A DNA stretch of 54,602 nt from Verrucomicrobiia bacterium (GTDB taxonomy: Bacteria; Chloroflexota; Limnocylindria; Limnocylindrales; CSP1-4), in the NCBI GenBank assembly GCA_035607275.1, contig DATNBW010000180.1:1-54602 (forward strand), in the 5' to 3' direction. Positions 53,626-54,602 of the stretch are shown in pieces (the first letter of the stretch is position 1; each line of letters begins with the position of its first letter). The position numbers and the translations under genes are program-made. The notes beneath the pieces were generated by a model, which saw only the letters and a list, made by a program, of their open reading frames with translations, was not told where the DNA came from and ran no database searches.

Positions 53626-53664
53626 CGAACGCGTCCGTCCTCCGGCGGGCGCGTTCGACGTTTT
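53626..53664 (+). terminator. hairpin (8-bp stem cgaacgcg/cgcgttcg) followed by acgTTTT
   Basis: 53626-53633 pairs with 53650-53657, and the T-run is at 53661-53664. It lies 33 nt after the small ORF stop. Confidence 0.45.
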
Positions 53665-53677
53665 CCGGCGCCTCGAG

Positions 53678-54289
53678 TCAGGTCCGTGGCAGGTCGGCCG
53701 GCCGGTCGATGTCGCGCAACGTGTCGCCGTCCGGATCGAGCGGCCGCCACGCCCCCTCCTCGAGGACGCGGGTTGGCAACCGCTCGAACAGGCTTCGCAG
53801 GCGGCGCTCACCATCCCCCACCAGGCGACGCGTGATGTCGGTCGCGGCACCGGTCCGGACGGCGGCCGGCAGCGGGACGAGCGCGCCGCGCGAGCGCAGG
53901 ACGACCCCGTCGATCGTCGGCTCGGCGGCGAGCGTCCGGACGAGCAGGCCGAGCACGTCCGCCCGAAGCTCGGGCATGTCGCCGCCGACGACGATCGCGA
54001 GCGGTTGATCGACCGCCTCGAGCCCGGTCAGCAGGCCGACCAGCGGTCCGCCGTGGGCCACCGGGTCGGCGACGATCCGGAGCGGCCGATCGACCGACGC
54101 CGGCACCCGCTGGTCACCGGGCGCAACGACCACGACGATGTCGGTCGCGATCTGCGCGACCGCCGCCACGGAGCGATCGAGCAGCGTCCCGTCGCCGATC
54201 CGGACGGCGAGCTTGTCGGACCCGAAGCGTCGCGACCGGCCGCCGGCCAGGACGATGCCGCTGACGGCGTAGAGCGCCGGCTCGTTCAT
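53678..54289 (-). CDS. mobA: molybdenum cofactor guanylyltransferase
   Basis: Internal ATG at 54289 of track ORF 53678..54601. The MobA N-terminal motif is GIVLAGGRSRRFGSDK. ATGA overlap with the upstream gene stop. Confidence 0.85.
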   Translation of the reverse strand: MNEPALYAVSGIVLAGGRSRRFGSDKLAVRIGDGTLLDRSVAAVAQIATDIVVVVAPGDQRVPASVDRPLRIVADPVAHGGPLVGLLTGLEAVDQPLAIVVGGDMPELRADVLGLLVRTLAAEPTIDGVVLRSRGALVPLPAAVRTGAATDITRRLVGDGERRLRSLFERLPTRVLEEGAWRPLDPDGDTLRDIDRPADLPRT

Positions 54290-54602
54290 CGTCCGGATCC
54301 CTCGCCGCGGTCGGAATCGGGGCCGCTGGCCGGCTGCGGCGCCCGCGGGCCGGGGACGTGCCCGTCGGGCGTTCGGCGCAGGATCGCTCGCCGGTCGAGG
54401 TCCTCGAGGATCGCCATCACGTATTTCCGGCTCGTGCCGGTGTCGTCGCGGAGGGCGGCAGGCGTCAACGGAGCGCGCGCGGAGAGCGCGAGGGCGCGGG
54501 CAGCGAGGTCGCGGTAGGTCGGGACCGCCCAGGCAAGATCGTCGTCGAGCCGGACGATCCGGTTCGCCTGCTCGAGGAGGCGGATGCCCTCGGGCGGACA
54601 AC
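54286..54602 (-). CDS. selB: C-terminal part of the selenocysteine-specific elongation factor (gene runs off the right edge)
   Basis: The open frame reaches the window edge. LTPAALRDDTGTSRKYVMAILEDLDRRAILRRTPDGHV resembles the last winged-helix domain of SelB (SRKY..LLE.LDR...TRR). The track lists only the internal-Met fragment 54286..54468. Confidence 0.65.
   Translation of the reverse strand, partial: CPPEGIRLLEQANRIVRLDDDLAWAVPTYRDLAARALALSARAPLTPAALRDDTGTSRKYVMAILEDLDRRAILRRTPDGHVPGPRAPQPASGPDSDRGEGSGR

Overview
This is a gene-dense, very GC-rich chromosomal segment. I saw no rRNA, tRNA, CRISPR array, transposase or integrase. The gene content (OpcA, a GT87-like membrane protein, PsuK/PsuG, several ECF sigma factors, many promoters with leaderless geometry) suggests an Actinomycetota-like high-GC lineage, but I cannot place it more precisely.

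Genes from left to right:
- pyrG (partial) and a nitroreductase.
- Two tandem ECF-sigma / single-pass membrane partner modules, followed by two secreted proteins.
- An EamA transporter, an untracked 51-aa membrane peptide, an internally duplicated unknown protein, and a DrrAB-like ABC-2 exporter (one ATPase, two permeases).
- A non-coding gap of about 520 nt rich in nested helices.
- psuG-psuK, divergent from a pentose-phosphate supercluster: tkt-rpiB-pgi-gnd, then zwf-opcA-pgl with a translationally coupled alpha/beta hydrolase and a GlsB-like protein.
- Citrate synthase, an FMO-like flavoprotein and a LuxR-TPR regulator.
- CorA with a tightly coupled unknown gene, and a CDF transporter.
- A NarL-type two-component system, divergent from an ABC-2 pair and the GT87-like protein.
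- A Tat-lipoprotein intradiol-dioxygenase-like protein, an MFS transporter, a membrane-Rieske fusion, an SRPBCC protein, a P-loop kinase, YciI and a second EamA.
- A membrane-anchored SbcC/Rad50-like ATPase with an Mre11/SbcD-like phosphoesterase.
- A 578-nt non-coding gap and a double zinc-ribbon protein.
- An S51 peptidase, a DHA2-like MFS transporter, a membrane protein, a methyltransferase, an MBL hydrolase, an amidohydrolase and a small orphan ORF.
- mobA and selB (partial).

Many long ORFs in the track are antisense or shadow ORFs typical of high-GC DNA, and I rejected them.

I cannot confidently name a new system from this window. The best candidates for follow-up are:
- the hook-less, membrane-inserted Rad50-like/Mre11-like pair;
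- the duplicated ECF modules with paralogous cysteine-containing ectodomains;
- the exporter operon carrying unknown accessory genes;
- the two long structured non-coding gaps;
- a recurrent -10 hexamer placed 6 nt before the start codon (leaderless geometry).
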